A DNA stretch of 46,461 nt from a bacterium (lineage in GTDB: Bacteria; Verrucomicrobiota; Kiritimatiellia; RFP12; DVOR01): the NCBI GenBank assembly GCA_030535915.1, contig JAUNQZ010000003.1, positions 1 through 46,461 on the forward strand, read 5' to 3'. Shown here piece after piece: positions 25,892 through 36,357 of this stretch (positions are counted from its first letter, which is position 1; each line of letters begins with the position of its first letter). The position numbers and the translations under genes were made by a program. The notes below the pieces were generated by a model. That model saw nothing but the letters and a program-made list of their open reading frames with translations, was not told where the DNA came from and searched no databases.

Positions 25892-27373
25892 ATGAAAGCC
25901 GCATTAACGCCATCTTCGCAACAGCAACAACAGCAACAACAACGGCAAGAGGTCACCCTCTCACGGTTGGCTCAGCAACGATTGGCGTTTTTGCAGCTTC
26001 CCCTTCCCCAACTCACGCACGACCTGCGAACAAAAGCGGAAAAAAATCCCTTCCTCATCTACGAATCTAAAGAACAAATGGATTCCATTGAAGCCTCGCA
26101 AGAGCGTGTATTAACAAGGGAATCTGAAGAACAAAACAGACCCGAAGCATTCACCGATGGCTTTGAGGAAAATGAAGCGCCACAACAAGTCGATGCCATT
26201 CAAAAGCACGACCGAATGATTTCCTCTTACAGTGCACCAAAGACCTTAACAGAGCATTTGGAGGAACAAATCCTCTCACAATTTGAACCCGGCATCACAC
26301 GAGATTTTCTCCTCTATCTCGCTGGGTCTCTAGATGAAAAAGGTTATCTCTCAACGCCACAAGACGAACTCATCGAAGCCTATCGACAACTCCAAGGCGG
26401 CGGGAAAACAACCGCACTCACGCAAACCTTAATGAAAGCTATCCAACAGCTCCAAAGCCTTGACCCTGTAGGCGTTGGAGCGCGTTCGCTCGAGGAATGC
26501 CTCGCGCTTCAAGTCCGTGCCGACCCAACCTATAGCGAAGCGCGTGGATTGCGTTTGAAACTATGTAATCATCTACATCGACTCTTAACCGATACACCCG
26601 AACAACTCGCAAAACGGCTCCAATGTTCCGTTGATGAATTTCTCGCTGCGCGCAACTATTTGCGAACACTCAATCCGGCGCCAGGCTTAACCTTTGCGCC
26701 ACCCAAAAATCTTGAGCCACCAGAAATTATCGCAACGCAAGATGCCACGGGTCGATGGATGGCAACTTGTGATGATGCACAACTCCCTATTTTTACCCTC
26801 AATGAAGCACTCTTAAAAGAAACCAAGCACGCCCATTTGTCTACAACTGAAAAAGAACAAATGACGCTATTTGAAGCAGAAGCGCGATTGCTCGTAAATG
26901 CCTTTCACAATCGTAATACTACCCTCTGCTTTATTGCTCAAGCCATCTTTGATCGACAACAAGACTTTCTCTCAAGCACAGGAAATCCCGTTGCGTTAAA
27001 ACCCTTGCATCAAAAAGACATCGCAACAGCACTCAACTTTGACGAAAGCACGATTTCGCGTGCTGTAAATGGAAAATTTGTAAGGCTTCCTCATCGTTCA
27101 AAACCCTTACCATTAAAGGCTTTCTTTAGTAAATCAGCCTTACAGCATGCAACGCAACATGGGATGGAATCCATCTCAGACCAACAAGTCAAAGCAACCT
27201 TGCGTGCGCTCATTGCGAAAGAAGATCCCGTACACCCGCTGTCCGATCAAGCCATCGTCAATTATTTACATCAAAAAGGTCTTCAAATTGCACGCCGAAC
27301 CATTGCAAAATACCGCGATCTTCTCGGTATTCCCTCCACCCGTGAACGACGTCAACGCAGTACACACATTTAA
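25892..27373 (+). CDS. rpoN: RNA polymerase sigma-54 factor
   Basis: Q/L-rich region I, LDEKGYL, DPVGVGARSLEECL, HTH DESTISRAV, RpoN box ARRTIAKYR. Confidence 0.95.
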   Translation: MKAALTPSSQQQQQQQQRQEVTLSRLAQQRLAFLQLPLPQLTHDLRTKAEKNPFLIYESKEQMDSIEASQERVLTRESEEQNRPEAFTDGFEENEAPQQVDAIQKHDRMISSYSAPKTLTEHLEEQILSQFEPGITRDFLLYLAGSLDEKGYLSTPQDELIEAYRQLQGGGKTTALTQTLMKAIQQLQSLDPVGVGARSLEECLALQVRADPTYSEARGLRLKLCNHLHRLLTDTPEQLAKRLQCSVDEFLAARNYLRTLNPAPGLTFAPPKNLEPPEIIATQDATGRWMATCDDAQLPIFTLNEALLKETKHAHLSTTEKEQMTLFEAEARLLVNAFHNRNTTLCFIAQAIFDRQQDFLSSTGNPVALKPLHQKDIATALNFDESTISRAVNGKFVRLPHRSKPLPLKAFFSKSALQHATQHGMESISDQQVKATLRALIAKEDPVHPLSDQAIVNYLHQKGLQIARRTIAKYRDLLGIPSTRERRQRSTHI

Positions 27374-27418
27374 CAAATGTGACACAAACACATTTCGTTT
27401 TATTTAGAGGAGTCTCTT

Positions 27419-28324
27419 ATGAATAAGCCCATCCTACTCATTTGGCTCACCCTTCGCGAAGTGGATGAATTCACAGCAACCGAGGCACAAGTTCAACGCT
27501 GGACACAAAGCGTTCCTGAGCTTGAAGTCATCTATGCCAAAACACAAGAGGAATTCATTCGTAATCTCTCCAAGGCAACCTATATCTTTTGCTTCAAATT
27601 CTCCGAAGCTTGGCTCGGACTCACTTATCGTGCAAAATGGATTGCAACACCTGGAGCAGGAAAAGAACTCCTTGGTCCCATACCCGATCGTCTCAATCCC
27701 ACCTTTGGAACCTTCCACGGGGACATTATGGCAGAAACAGTCGTCGGCATGCTACTTGCGATTCGACGCGGACTGCTACCTGGACTTGGGTTAGGAGATG
27801 CAAACAATCCATGGCCCGTACATCTTCCTGGGCGAACAACCATTGCGGGAAGCCATGCGGTGATTCTTGGTTATGGTAATATTGGTCAATGCATCGGTCA
27901 AAAATTAAGCGCTTTAGGCGTACAAGTCACAGGCATTCGTCACGCCAACTTTAACCAATTAGACGAACTCCTTCCAACCGCGGATGCACTCATTCTTGCC
28001 TTGCCACAAACGCCCGAAACAGATCATTTACTCAATGCCACGCGCATCGCTAAACTTTCCAAACAGAGTGTGGTTATCAATGTTGGCAGAGGAAATGCAA
28101 TTGATGAAAAAGCGCTCTGCAAAGCATTAAAGGAAGGACAACTTTGGGCAGCCTTCCTAGATGTAATGCATGAAGAACCCTACCCTGGCGGGTTGTTAAC
28201 CGAAACCCCTCGCTGTTATATTTTACCCCATGCCTCCGCCTTTGCCCCGGACTATCTTGACCGAGCCTTTGACGAATGGCTTCACATCTATCGCACCACT
28301 TACGCAACCCCCAATAATCCTTGA
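27419..28324 (+). CDS. D-isomer-specific 2-hydroxyacid dehydrogenase
   Basis: Rossmann GYGNIG, LPQTPET, NVGRG (Arg), LDVMHEEP (Glu), LPHASA (His). Confidence 0.9.
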   Translation: MNKPILLIWLTLREVDEFTATEAQVQRWTQSVPELEVIYAKTQEEFIRNLSKATYIFCFKFSEAWLGLTYRAKWIATPGAGKELLGPIPDRLNPTFGTFHGDIMAETVVGMLLAIRRGLLPGLGLGDANNPWPVHLPGRTTIAGSHAVILGYGNIGQCIGQKLSALGVQVTGIRHANFNQLDELLPTADALILALPQTPETDHLLNATRIAKLSKQSVVINVGRGNAIDEKALCKALKEGQLWAAFLDVMHEEPYPGGLLTETPRCYILPHASAFAPDYLDRAFDEWLHIYRTTYATPNNP

Positions 28325-28339
28325 GTCGTAGCACCTTTG

Positions 28340-29140
28340 ATGCAAACTATCAACTTCATTAAAACCACCGGCATCTGCCTCAACATTCGACCCTTCTCAA
28401 AGACGTCGCAAATGGTCACGTGGCTCACCCCCAATGTTGGCCGACTCACAACCCCCATCAAAGGAGCTCAACGTCCCAAAAGTGCGTTTCTTGGCAAATG
28501 TGACATCGGTTATACGTGTGAAATCATTTTTTATGCAAAAGACCATAATGGCGTTCACCACATCAAAGAATGCCATCCCATTAATTTTAGGGAAGGTCTT
28601 CACACCCATTGGCGTGTTGCCTCTGTCGCCAATTATGTTTGTGACCTTGCGATGCGAACAGCTCAGCCCAACCTCGCGAATCCAGCGCTTTATAACATCC
28701 TTGTTGCGATGCTTGACACACTTCACACCTGTCAACGCCATGAACTCTCGCTTGCACTTTTATGGTTTGAAAGTCGTGTATTACATGCGATTGGTGTACA
28801 GCCCGATTTTACTATCTGTCCACATTGTCCTCCACAAGCACTCCACGCCTTCTCAACAGAAGAAGGTCGCTTCTATTGCGAGCATCGTCCCTCTCGACTA
28901 ACACATCCTCCGACACTTACGCTTCATGACGATCTTCCAACACTCTTCTTTACCTTCCTCAAAATGAGTCTAGATGAAGTTCTTCAACAAGCACGAGCCA
29001 CAAATCGAACTGATGATTTAGGACGTCCTGAACCTTTCCCTGGCATTTTTGGGCTTCGCCGTTTTCTTGGAGTCTTTATCAACACGCACCTTGATCTTGC
29101 GCCTGGACCTCGCCGAACGGTGCTTGATTTAATTATTTAA
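28340..29140 (+). CDS. recO: DNA repair protein RecO
   Basis: N-terminal OB fold (IKTTGICL…PFSKTSQMVTWLT…G…KGAQRPKS), then FESRVL…G..PDF and CPHC zinc motif. Confidence 0.88.
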   Translation: MQTINFIKTTGICLNIRPFSKTSQMVTWLTPNVGRLTTPIKGAQRPKSAFLGKCDIGYTCEIIFYAKDHNGVHHIKECHPINFREGLHTHWRVASVANYVCDLAMRTAQPNLANPALYNILVAMLDTLHTCQRHELSLALLWFESRVLHAIGVQPDFTICPHCPPQALHAFSTEEGRFYCEHRPSRLTHPPTLTLHDDLPTLFFTFLKMSLDEVLQQARATNRTDDLGRPEPFPGIFGLRRFLGVFINTHLDLAPGPRRTVLDLII

Positions 29141-29276
29141 ATCTTCTTAACAAAACACCGCGTCCATTTATTCAAGATAAAAATCAAGATTACAAGCGCA
29201 TCCTTTGACATTAGAAATATAACAAAACAATAGATGCGTGATTAGATAAAGAGATATCATTATAAACGAAGTAAAA

Positions 29277-29308
29277 TAAAAGAGGCTCAGTTTCCCAAGC
29301 CTCTTTTA
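29277..29308. terminator. Intrinsic terminator between recO and the RND operon (possibly bidirectional)
   Basis: TAAAAGAGGCT-cagtttccca-AGCCTCTTTTA, an 11-bp inverted repeat between convergent genes. Confidence 0.8.
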
Positions 29309-29328
29309 GCATTTAAGCAACTTCTCTT

Positions 29329-30906
29329 TTATTCCGTCTCAATTGGAGCAAGAAGAGGCTCTTCAGAAACATTTTCACCGAAGAAATAAGCGGCGAGCTC
29401 TTCATCTGATTGATCCGCAGTCCAACCACCACAAAGAGCCTTGTAGAGATTCACCTGTGCTTGTGCCATGGCGCCTTCGCTAATTACACGCGATTCGTCA
29501 AGATTGAAGAGACGACGCTGAGCATCAAGCACTTCAAAGAAACGAAGCTTACCTGCAGTATACGCATTATATGCAATCGTATAGGCCATCGCAGCATCAT
29601 TTACACCTTCACGCAAATGGCCAAGGCGTTCTTCTTCATAAGCATAACCCGAAAGTGCCGTACGGATATCTGCCAATGCCGTGAGAACGGTTTCCTCATA
29701 CTGAGCGAGTGCAGCTTTTTGTTGTTCTGTCTTAATATTGATATTGGCATTAATTTGACCACCGTGGAAAATTGGCAAAGAAATACCAGGACCAAAATTA
29801 TAGAAGTGACTATCCCAATCAACAAGATCACCCAAATGGAGCGAATTGATGCCAATCGATCCAGAGATGAAAATGCGAGGATAGCGTTCTGCCTCTGCAG
29901 AGCCAAGAACATCGACCGAAGCCTTTAAGGTACGTTCTGCAGCAACGACATCTGGGCGTTGAGAAATTGCATTTGCAGGGATGCCCTCTTCCATCGGCAA
30001 ACGGATTGGACGCGGGATATTGGTCATTCGCAAAGCAGAGACTTGGGGTGCTCCCTTCTCATCAATTGTTGAGGTTTCGTGCACTGGCAGTTTGGGCGTA
30101 ACAATTTCTGCAGGCAAAGTACCAGGTGTCACCCCACACAAGAGTGCGATTACATTTTCTGTTGCTGCAATTTGAGCTTTAAGGGCAGGAATTGCGGCGG
30201 CCGTGGTCTTGAGGTCATATTCAGCTTGGATGCGTTCAAGATCGGTTGAAATACCACCTGCGCTACGATCCACAAGCAACTTAACATTGGCTTCTTGAAC
30301 GCCGAGCGTATCTTCTGCAATCATCAAACGACCTTGCAGCGTGCGAAGTTCAATATAACGCAATGCAACTTCTGCCGAGAGAGAGACCCATGCGGCCTGA
30401 AGATTCGCTTCTGCAGCTTCGGCTTCCGCTTCCGCTGCATTCACAAGATGTTGCGTACGACCAAAGAAGTCAATTTCCCATGTCGCATCGCCACCAATGC
30501 GGTAATCGGTATATGTATTCTTACCCGAAAGACCATTTTTAGAGGTTCGATTACGCGTGATTCCTCCCGTTGCATCAAGCGAAGGGAAGAGTGCTCCTTG
30601 CTGATACTTCCAAGCTTCACGCGCAGCACGCAAGTTTGCGCGTGAAGCTTCAAGCGTACGATTAGCTGCGAAGGACTTAGCGATAAGGCGCGTAAGTGCT
30701 TCATCATTAAAGCGTTCCCACCACTTATCAATTTGAGGCATCTCAGCCTCAACAACGGTCGGCAAGGCGCCTTTACGGGTATCCTCAGCAATCGTTGCAT
30801 CGGTAAGAATTTCAGCGACAGGGCGTTCCTCATACTTCGGGCCGACCAATGTGCAACCCGCAACGAGAGTGAAAAAGGCAGAGAGTGTTAAGATACGAGG
30901 ACTCAT
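29329..30906 (-). CDS. RND efflux outer-membrane lipoprotein (NodT/OprM family)
   Basis: Lipobox [37 protein letters not shown] and LYKALCGGW motifs. Confidence 0.93.
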   Translation of the reverse strand: MSPRILTLSAFFTLVAGCTLVGPKYEERPVAEILTDATIAEDTRKGALPTVVEAEMPQIDKWWERFNDEALTRLIAKSFAANRTLEASRANLRAAREAWKYQQGALFPSLDATGGITRNRTSKNGLSGKNTYTDYRIGGDATWEIDFFGRTQHLVNAAEAEAEAAEANLQAAWVSLSAEVALRYIELRTLQGRLMIAEDTLGVQEANVKLLVDRSAGGISTDLERIQAEYDLKTTAAAIPALKAQIAATENVIALLCGVTPGTLPAEIVTPKLPVHETSTIDEKGAPQVSALRMTNIPRPIRLPMEEGIPANAISQRPDVVAAERTLKASVDVLGSAEAERYPRIFISGSIGINSLHLGDLVDWDSHFYNFGPGISLPIFHGGQINANINIKTEQQKAALAQYEETVLTALADIRTALSGYAYEEERLGHLREGVNDAAMAYTIAYNAYTAGKLRFFEVLDAQRRLFNLDESRVISEGAMAQAQVNLYKALCGGWTADQSDEELAAYFFGENVSEEPLLAPIETE

Positions 30907-33900
30907 TGTGTAGCCTCTTCTTTCTTTTCTTTACGATGCGTTGTACCAAAGATGTAATAGGTTCCTTCACGCATCTTTTCAAACATTGCAAACAACGAGG
31001 GAATCATAATAAGACCAGCGGTTGTAGCCACAATCATGCCCCAGTAAACCGTTGTACCGATATGACGACGGCTCGCAGCACCGGCACCTTCTGCATAAAC
31101 CATGGGAAGCACACCCAAAACGAAGGTCAACGCCGTCATCAATACCGCACGGAGACGCTCGCCAGCACCTTCACCTGCAGCATCCACAATCGTAAGGCCT
31201 TGTTCTCGGCGTTGTGCAGCAAATTCAACAATAAGAATTGCATTCTTTGCGGCGAGACCAACAAGAAGTAGCAAACCAAGCTGTGCGTAAATTGAAAGCG
31301 AAAGCCCCGTATAAATGATACCGAGCAATGCACCCACGCAAGCGACCGAAATAGAGGTCATCACAGGGAGTGGCAAGGTCCAGCTTTCATACTGAGCCAC
31401 GAGGAAGAGATAACCAAAGAGGAAGGCCGCCAAAACGATAATCGCGGTTTGCCCCTGGACGGCATTTTCTTGATAGGCCAATCCTGTCCATTCGAAACCG
31501 AAGTCCGTAGAGATGGTATCATCAATCACACTCTTCACTGCAGCCATTGCTTCACCCGAGGAAATATTAGGCTTTGCATTCGCCGTAATATTTGCAGACG
31601 GGAACATGTTATAACGTGTATACGAACGCGGAGCACCCACTGTCTTAAGGCTCACCAAAGCACTAATAGGTACCATCGCTCCCGTATCACTCATCACATA
31701 CAAGTCATAGATGGATTCTTCGTTCAAACGCTGAGCACCCTCTGCCATTACCACCACTTGGTTCACTTGTGTACCATAGTTGATGTCGTTCACATAGGAC
31801 GAGCCCAAATAGTTTTGAAGCGTTCCAAAGAGGCGCGAGACCGGCACTTGATAACTTTCGCACTTCACGCGATCAAGTTCAAGATGCAAGTGAGGTGTAC
31901 CTGCGGTATAAGGCGAAAATGCCATCGCGAGGGTTGGTTCTTGGTTCAAGGCAATAATGAGCGGTAAAAGGTTCCGTTCAATTTCCGCCGGATCCGTTGT
32001 TTTATACGACTGGAAGCGAATATCGAGACCACCAGTTTGACCTAAACCCATAATCGCAGGCGGAACAAAGGAGGTAATGCGTGCTTCATGATAACGCATA
32101 CCGATTTCCTTGATTTTACCCAAGATAGCAGTCGCCGTTTGGTCTTCACGCGGGCGTTCTTCCCATGTTTTGAGAGCGACGACAATCATGCTACAGTTCT
32201 CCGCATCCCCCGAAACCATACCATGACCCACGACTGAAAGGATATCTTTCACACCATCAATTTGACTAATTTCTGCGCTGATTTTCTTTATGTAATCATC
32301 CGTAACATTGCGGTTCGTGCCTTCACGCAAAAGCACATCCACGAAAACCACGCCTTGGTCTTCTTCAGGCAAGAAGGAGGTCGGTGTATGCATCAACGAG
32401 GTATATACCCCCATGCATGTCAACACCAACAATAGGAAAACAATCAATGTACGACGCGCGAAGAACTTTGCAATGGTTGCATACCGCTTACGCAACCAAT
32501 CCAATCCACGATTAAACCATGTAAAGGGGTTGAGCAGGCTCTTTGCTTCCTTCGGCACGCCCATAATTGAGCCACAAATTGCCGGCGAGAGCGTCAATGC
32601 ATTCACCGTAGAGAAGCAAATAGCGGTCGACATTGTCACTGCAAACTGCGAGTAAATACGCCCCGTAATACCTCCCACAAAGCCTACTGGCACAAAGATT
32701 GCGAGCAACACCAATGTCGTTGCAATCACAGCACCCGTCACTTCATGCATCGTAAGCAATGTTGCCGTCTTACGGTCAAGTTTATTCTTACTCATGTGAT
32801 ACTGAACACGCTCCACCACCACGATTGCATCGTCCACCACAGAGCCAATCGCCAGCACCAACGCAAAGAGCGTAAGCGTGTTAATCGTCATACCAAAGAC
32901 TTGCAATGCCGCAAAGGTACACAGCAAGGAGACTGGAATTGCACACACGGGCACCAATGTTGCACGCAAATCTTGCAAGAAGATAAAGCACACGAGCACC
33001 ACGAGAATAAAGGTCTCAATCAATGTTGTGATAATTTCATCAATTGAAACACGCACATATTCCGTAGCATCATACGCAAAGACACACTCGAGATCTTCTG
33101 GGAAACTGGCCTCAAGACGAGCCAACTCCGCACGCATCGCATCCACAGCATCAATTGCATTCGTACCCGGCGTCTGCTGCACCAAGACAGAGACCGCCTC
33201 TGCACCATTGAAAAAGCCCGTGTTGGCATAAGACTGTTCACCAAACTCAACCCGTGCAACATCCTTCAAACGAACCACACCGCCAAAGGCATCTGTACGA
33301 ATCACGATATCGCCAAATTCTTCAGGTGTCTTCAAACGACCATCGGTTGTAATTGAATAGCAATTTTTTATCTTTGGATCAGGGATAGGTGCAGAACCCA
33401 CCGAACCTAATGCCGCTTGAATGTTTTGTGAAGAAATCGCAGCAATTACTTCATCTGCTGTCATCCCTTGAGCTGTCATACGCTCAGGATCAAGCCACAC
33501 ACGCATCGCAAGCTTTGCACCGAAAACCATAACGCCACCCACACCATGAACACGCAAAAGCGGGTCGCGAATGTTGGAGTAGACATAGTTCGAAATGTCC
33601 AATTTTGAATGTGTACCATTTGGCGAACGGAACGACACAAAGCCGAGAATTGACTCTGCACGCGCCGTCACCGAAACACCCTGTTTCGTCACTTCTGCAG
33701 GAAGTTTCGGTTCTGCACGCGCCACTCGGTTTTGCACACGGACCATGTTCATATCACGATCCGAACCCACCGCAAAGGTACATGTCAACGAATATTGACC
33801 ATTATCCGAGCACGAGCTCTCCATATAGAGGAGGTCTTCAACACCATTGATTTCCGATTCAATCGGAATTGCAACAGTATTGGCTAAGTCAACAGCATTT

Positions 33901-34151
33901 GCCCCAGGATAAGTACACGAAACATTCACTGTTGGAGGTGCAATTTCCGGATACTGTTGCACAGGCAAAGTACTAATAGAAAGAACACCCACAATCGACA
34001 TCACGATTGCAATCACAATTGCCAAACGCGGACGATTAATAAAGATACGAGAGAGAATTGAGGCCTTTGGCAAATCAGCGAGTTGTTGTTTCACAATACG
34101 CTGTTCGTTTTCCTCAATCTCCTTAAGGGTCATTGATTTATCTTGTGCCAT
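30903..34151 (-). CDS. RND efflux permease, HAE1 (AcrB/MexB-like)
   Basis: QYPEIAPP, proton-relay motifs [18 protein letters not shown] and [17 protein letters not shown] before ATG 34151. Confidence 0.96.
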   Translation of the reverse strand: MAQDKSMTLKEIEENEQRIVKQQLADLPKASILSRIFINRPRLAIVIAIVMSIVGVLSISTLPVQQYPEIAPPTVNVSCTYPGANAVDLANTVAIPIESEINGVEDLLYMESSCSDNGQYSLTCTFAVGSDRDMNMVRVQNRVARAEPKLPAEVTKQGVSVTARAESILGFVSFRSPNGTHSKLDISNYVYSNIRDPLLRVHGVGGVMVFGAKLAMRVWLDPERMTAQGMTADEVIAAISSQNIQAALGSVGSAPIPDPKIKNCYSITTDGRLKTPEEFGDIVIRTDAFGGVVRLKDVARVEFGEQSYANTGFFNGAEAVSVLVQQTPGTNAIDAVDAMRAELARLEASFPEDLECVFAYDATEYVRVSIDEIITTLIETFILVVLVCFIFLQDLRATLVPVCAIPVSLLCTFAALQVFGMTINTLTLFALVLAIGSVVDDAIVVVERVQYHMSKNKLDRKTATLLTMHEVTGAVIATTLVLLAIFVPVGFVGGITGRIYSQFAVTMSTAICFSTVNALTLSPAICGSIMGVPKEAKSLLNPFTWFNRGLDWLRKRYATIAKFFARRTLIVFLLLVLTCMGVYTSLMHTPTSFLPEEDQGVVFVDVLLREGTNRNVTDDYIKKISAEISQIDGVKDILSVVGHGMVSGDAENCSMIVVALKTWEERPREDQTATAILGKIKEIGMRYHEARITSFVPPAIMGLGQTGGLDIRFQSYKTTDPAEIERNLLPLIIALNQEPTLAMAFSPYTAGTPHLHLELDRVKCESYQVPVSRLFGTLQNYLGSSYVNDINYGTQVNQVVVMAEGAQRLNEESIYDLYVMSDTGAMVPISALVSLKTVGAPRSYTRYNMFPSANITANAKPNISSGEAMAAVKSVIDDTISTDFGFEWTGLAYQENAVQGQTAIIVLAAFLFGYLFLVAQYESWTLPLPVMTSISVACVGALLGIIYTGLSLSIYAQLGLLLLVGLAAKNAILIVEFAAQRREQGLTIVDAAGEGAGERLRAVLMTALTFVLGVLPMVYAEGAGAASRRHIGTTVYWGMIVATTAGLIMIPSLFAMFEKMREGTYYIFGTTHRKEKKEEATQ

Positions 34152-34232
34152 AAAGCAGTCCTTCACTTCTTAATAAAAGGAGCTCATGCGAAGCCCCAAT
34201 CGATGAATAGGGCCGTCCATGAATAAAATCGC

Positions 34233-35474
34233 TTACTTCTGGGCGGCGGGCTGTTCAGTCTTAATCACGGTAACAGGAATGCCAGGACGGACATTCACAA
34301 CACCTTGCGTAATGACCTCTTCACCTTCTTCTAAACCACTCGCGATGACCACATAGCCATCGACTTCAGCACCCAGCGTAACAGGACGAGCGGCAACAAT
34401 TTGTTCCTTGGTAAGGACATAAACATAAGAACCTTTAGCATTTGAAAGCAATGCTGTGGTAGGAATTGTAAGTGCTTCTTCAGGATTTGCATTCGAGAGA
34501 AGAACCGTCACATACGCATTCGCTACCAAATATTCATTCGGGTTCGCAAAGGTATAACGCACTGGCACAGAAGCCGTATCCTTAGACATTTCGTTACCCA
34601 CAAAGTCAATCGAGCCTGTATGCTCATAAATCGTATTATCCGCGAGCAACAACTCTGCACGAATAAGCGCATCGGCCGATTCTACCGCTTTGTCACTTCC
34701 CTTAATCTTACGCGCATTTTCAAGCAACTGCTTATCCGGGAGAGAGAAAACTACACGCACAGGATCCGTTTGAACAATACGCGCCAACGATGCCATATTT
34801 GGAGAGACATAGTCACCCTTCTTCAACAACGAAGCTCCGATACGACCCGAAATAGGAGCCGTAATACGCGTGTAACCCAAATTAATCTTTGCATTTGTCA
34901 AGTCCGCCTCGCACTGAGCAATCGCCGCACGAGCCTCCAACATGTCTGCATAAGCCTGATCAATTTCAGCTTCAGTCACAGCACGCTTGTCAACTTTTTC
35001 CATACGCGCATAATAACGATCTGCATTCACACTCGCCGCTTTCGCACGATCCAATGCCGCCTGCGCTTGAGCCACACGAGCCTCATAAATTTCAGGATCA
35101 ATTTGGAAAAGCAAATCACCTTCCTTCACCATCGAACCTTCATCAAACGCAACCTCTGCAATCGTACCCGAAATTTGTGCACGCAAATCAGTCGCTTCAA
35201 TCGACTCGACATGACCGATGTAACGCTTTGGAGGATTCAACACACGCTTTGTGACCAGCGCTGTTTCAACTGCCGGCGGGAGTTGCATACGAGCAGCCTT
35301 TTCTGCTGCTGCCTTTTCTGCAGCCACGCGATCAGCATTCTTCTCAATATACATTGCAGAAGCATACCAACCAACCGCCACCGAAGTCACGATACAAATC
35401 AATGTACCAATAACACTCCCAATGACACTTTTACCCGTTGATGCTTTTACAGGTGTTTCATTCTGTTCGTCCAT
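34233..35474 (-). CDS. RND efflux periplasmic adaptor (MFP)
   Basis: N-terminal TM, lipoyl half-motifs (LRAQISG…VKEGDLLFQID; ITAPISGRIG), SGLEEGEEVITQG. GAAAGGA RBS before ATG 35474. Confidence 0.94.
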   Translation of the reverse strand: MDEQNETPVKASTGKSVIGSVIGTLICIVTSVAVGWYASAMYIEKNADRVAAEKAAAEKAARMQLPPAVETALVTKRVLNPPKRYIGHVESIEATDLRAQISGTIAEVAFDEGSMVKEGDLLFQIDPEIYEARVAQAQAALDRAKAASVNADRYYARMEKVDKRAVTEAEIDQAYADMLEARAAIAQCEADLTNAKINLGYTRITAPISGRIGASLLKKGDYVSPNMASLARIVQTDPVRVVFSLPDKQLLENARKIKGSDKAVESADALIRAELLLADNTIYEHTGSIDFVGNEMSKDTASVPVRYTFANPNEYLVANAYVTVLLSNANPEEALTIPTTALLSNAKGSYVYVLTKEQIVAARPVTLGAEVDGYVVIASGLEEGEEVITQGVVNVRPGIPVTVIKTEQPAAQK

Positions 35475-35475
35475 A

Positions 35476-36084
35476 TCATTTCCTTTCAATTTGATTTAAA
35501 ATCATATCCAAACCAGCCTCAATCGTTGACAAAATATCAATCTCTGAGTGATTCAGCCAAACCTCTCGATGCGTCCCCATAAAGGTCACACGCAAGAGTA
35601 CCAAAAGTTGTTCATCCGAGAGTGGTGTCTCAATCAATTCCGCTGCACGCAACCGCTGCAAGCAGTGCAACAAACGCGTCCAAGGGTCACCCGTTAAAAC
35701 GGATCTTAATTTTCCAGCAAGCGTTTTCTTCAACGTCTCACTCCACTCAATGCGACTCACCGCAAAAGTCATAAACTGACGCAATTCGCGATTCTTCAAG
35801 AGCACTTCCGCCCAATCCATAAATGCCGCCTTAAGGTCTGCTACCGTCTGCGCATCATCCAATTTCTTCAACGGATCGTAGGTCTGACACTCCTGCAAAA
35901 TGAGCTCTGCAAGCAAATCTTCTTTACTCTTAAAATGCCAAAAGACCGCCCCTTTCGAGAACTTAATCCGTTTAGCAATATCGGTAATTGTTGTCAACGC
36001 ATACCCTTGCTTTGAAAAACATTTCAAAGCCGCCTTTAAAATTGCTTTACGCGTTGCAAGCGCTTCTTCTTTTGTTCGTCTCAT
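35476..36084 (-). CDS. TetR/AcrR family transcriptional regulator
   Basis: MRRTKEEALATRKAIL and HTH DIAKRIKFSKGAVFWHFKSKEDL. First gene of the RND operon. Confidence 0.93.
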   Translation of the reverse strand: MRRTKEEALATRKAILKAALKCFSKQGYALTTITDIAKRIKFSKGAVFWHFKSKEDLLAELILQECQTYDPLKKLDDAQTVADLKAAFMDWAEVLLKNRELRQFMTFAVSRIEWSETLKKTLAGKLRSVLTGDPWTRLLHCLQRLRAAELIETPLSDEQLLVLLRVTFMGTHREVWLNHSEIDILSTIEAGLDMILNQIERK

Positions 36085-36118
36085 ACCATATTATACAGTA
36101 GTAATAAAAAACACCATT

Positions 36119-36147
36119 ATTATACAAACCTATCGGTAAGTATGCAA
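36119..36147 (-). promoter_or_regulatory. Sigma-70 promoter of the TetR-RND operon with overlapping candidate operator
   Basis: On the - strand TTGCAT-N17-TATAAT. The imperfect palindrome ATACAAACC-tatc-GGTAAGTAT (36122-36143) spans the spacer. Confidence 0.7.
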
Positions 36148-36207
36148 GTAAAAAAATTAAAAAAATTACACCTGCATATCACAGTCAACAACGCAATTAA
36201 CACACCA

Positions 36208-36345
36208 TGAGACAGCTCTAAAAAGCGTCTCAAAAACATGCCTCTAAAAACCTTTAAAATCAAGGCTTATGGTTTTGACATTCAAAACCACTGATATTGA
36301 ACGTCAAAGTCAATGGTTTTGCGCTTCAATTTCAGCGGTTTTGAT
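36208..36345. repeat. Intergenic element with phased 22-bp palindromic units (copy B, inverted relative to copy A)
   Basis: Units aaTCAAggcttatggttTTGac / atTCAAaaccactgataTTGaa / cgTCAAagtcaatggttTTGcg / ctTCAAtttcagcggttTTGat at 36258-36345. Confidence 0.75.
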
Positions 36346-36357
36346 TTTAAGGAAAAA

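Noticed and set aside
25702-25956. - strand ORF with a poly-Cys run
   Set aside because: It is simply the antisense reading of the rpoN poly-Gln codons.
27375-27395. CRP-like site AAATGTGACACAAACACATTT between rpoN and the dehydrogenase
   Set aside because: One base shorter than the 22-bp CRP consensus, with an imperfect right half-site and no adjacent promoter. It could be just a weak 7-bp hairpin.
34620-35441. 273-aa + strand ORF
   Set aside because: Antisense shadow of the MFP gene, with no RBS or recognisable domain.
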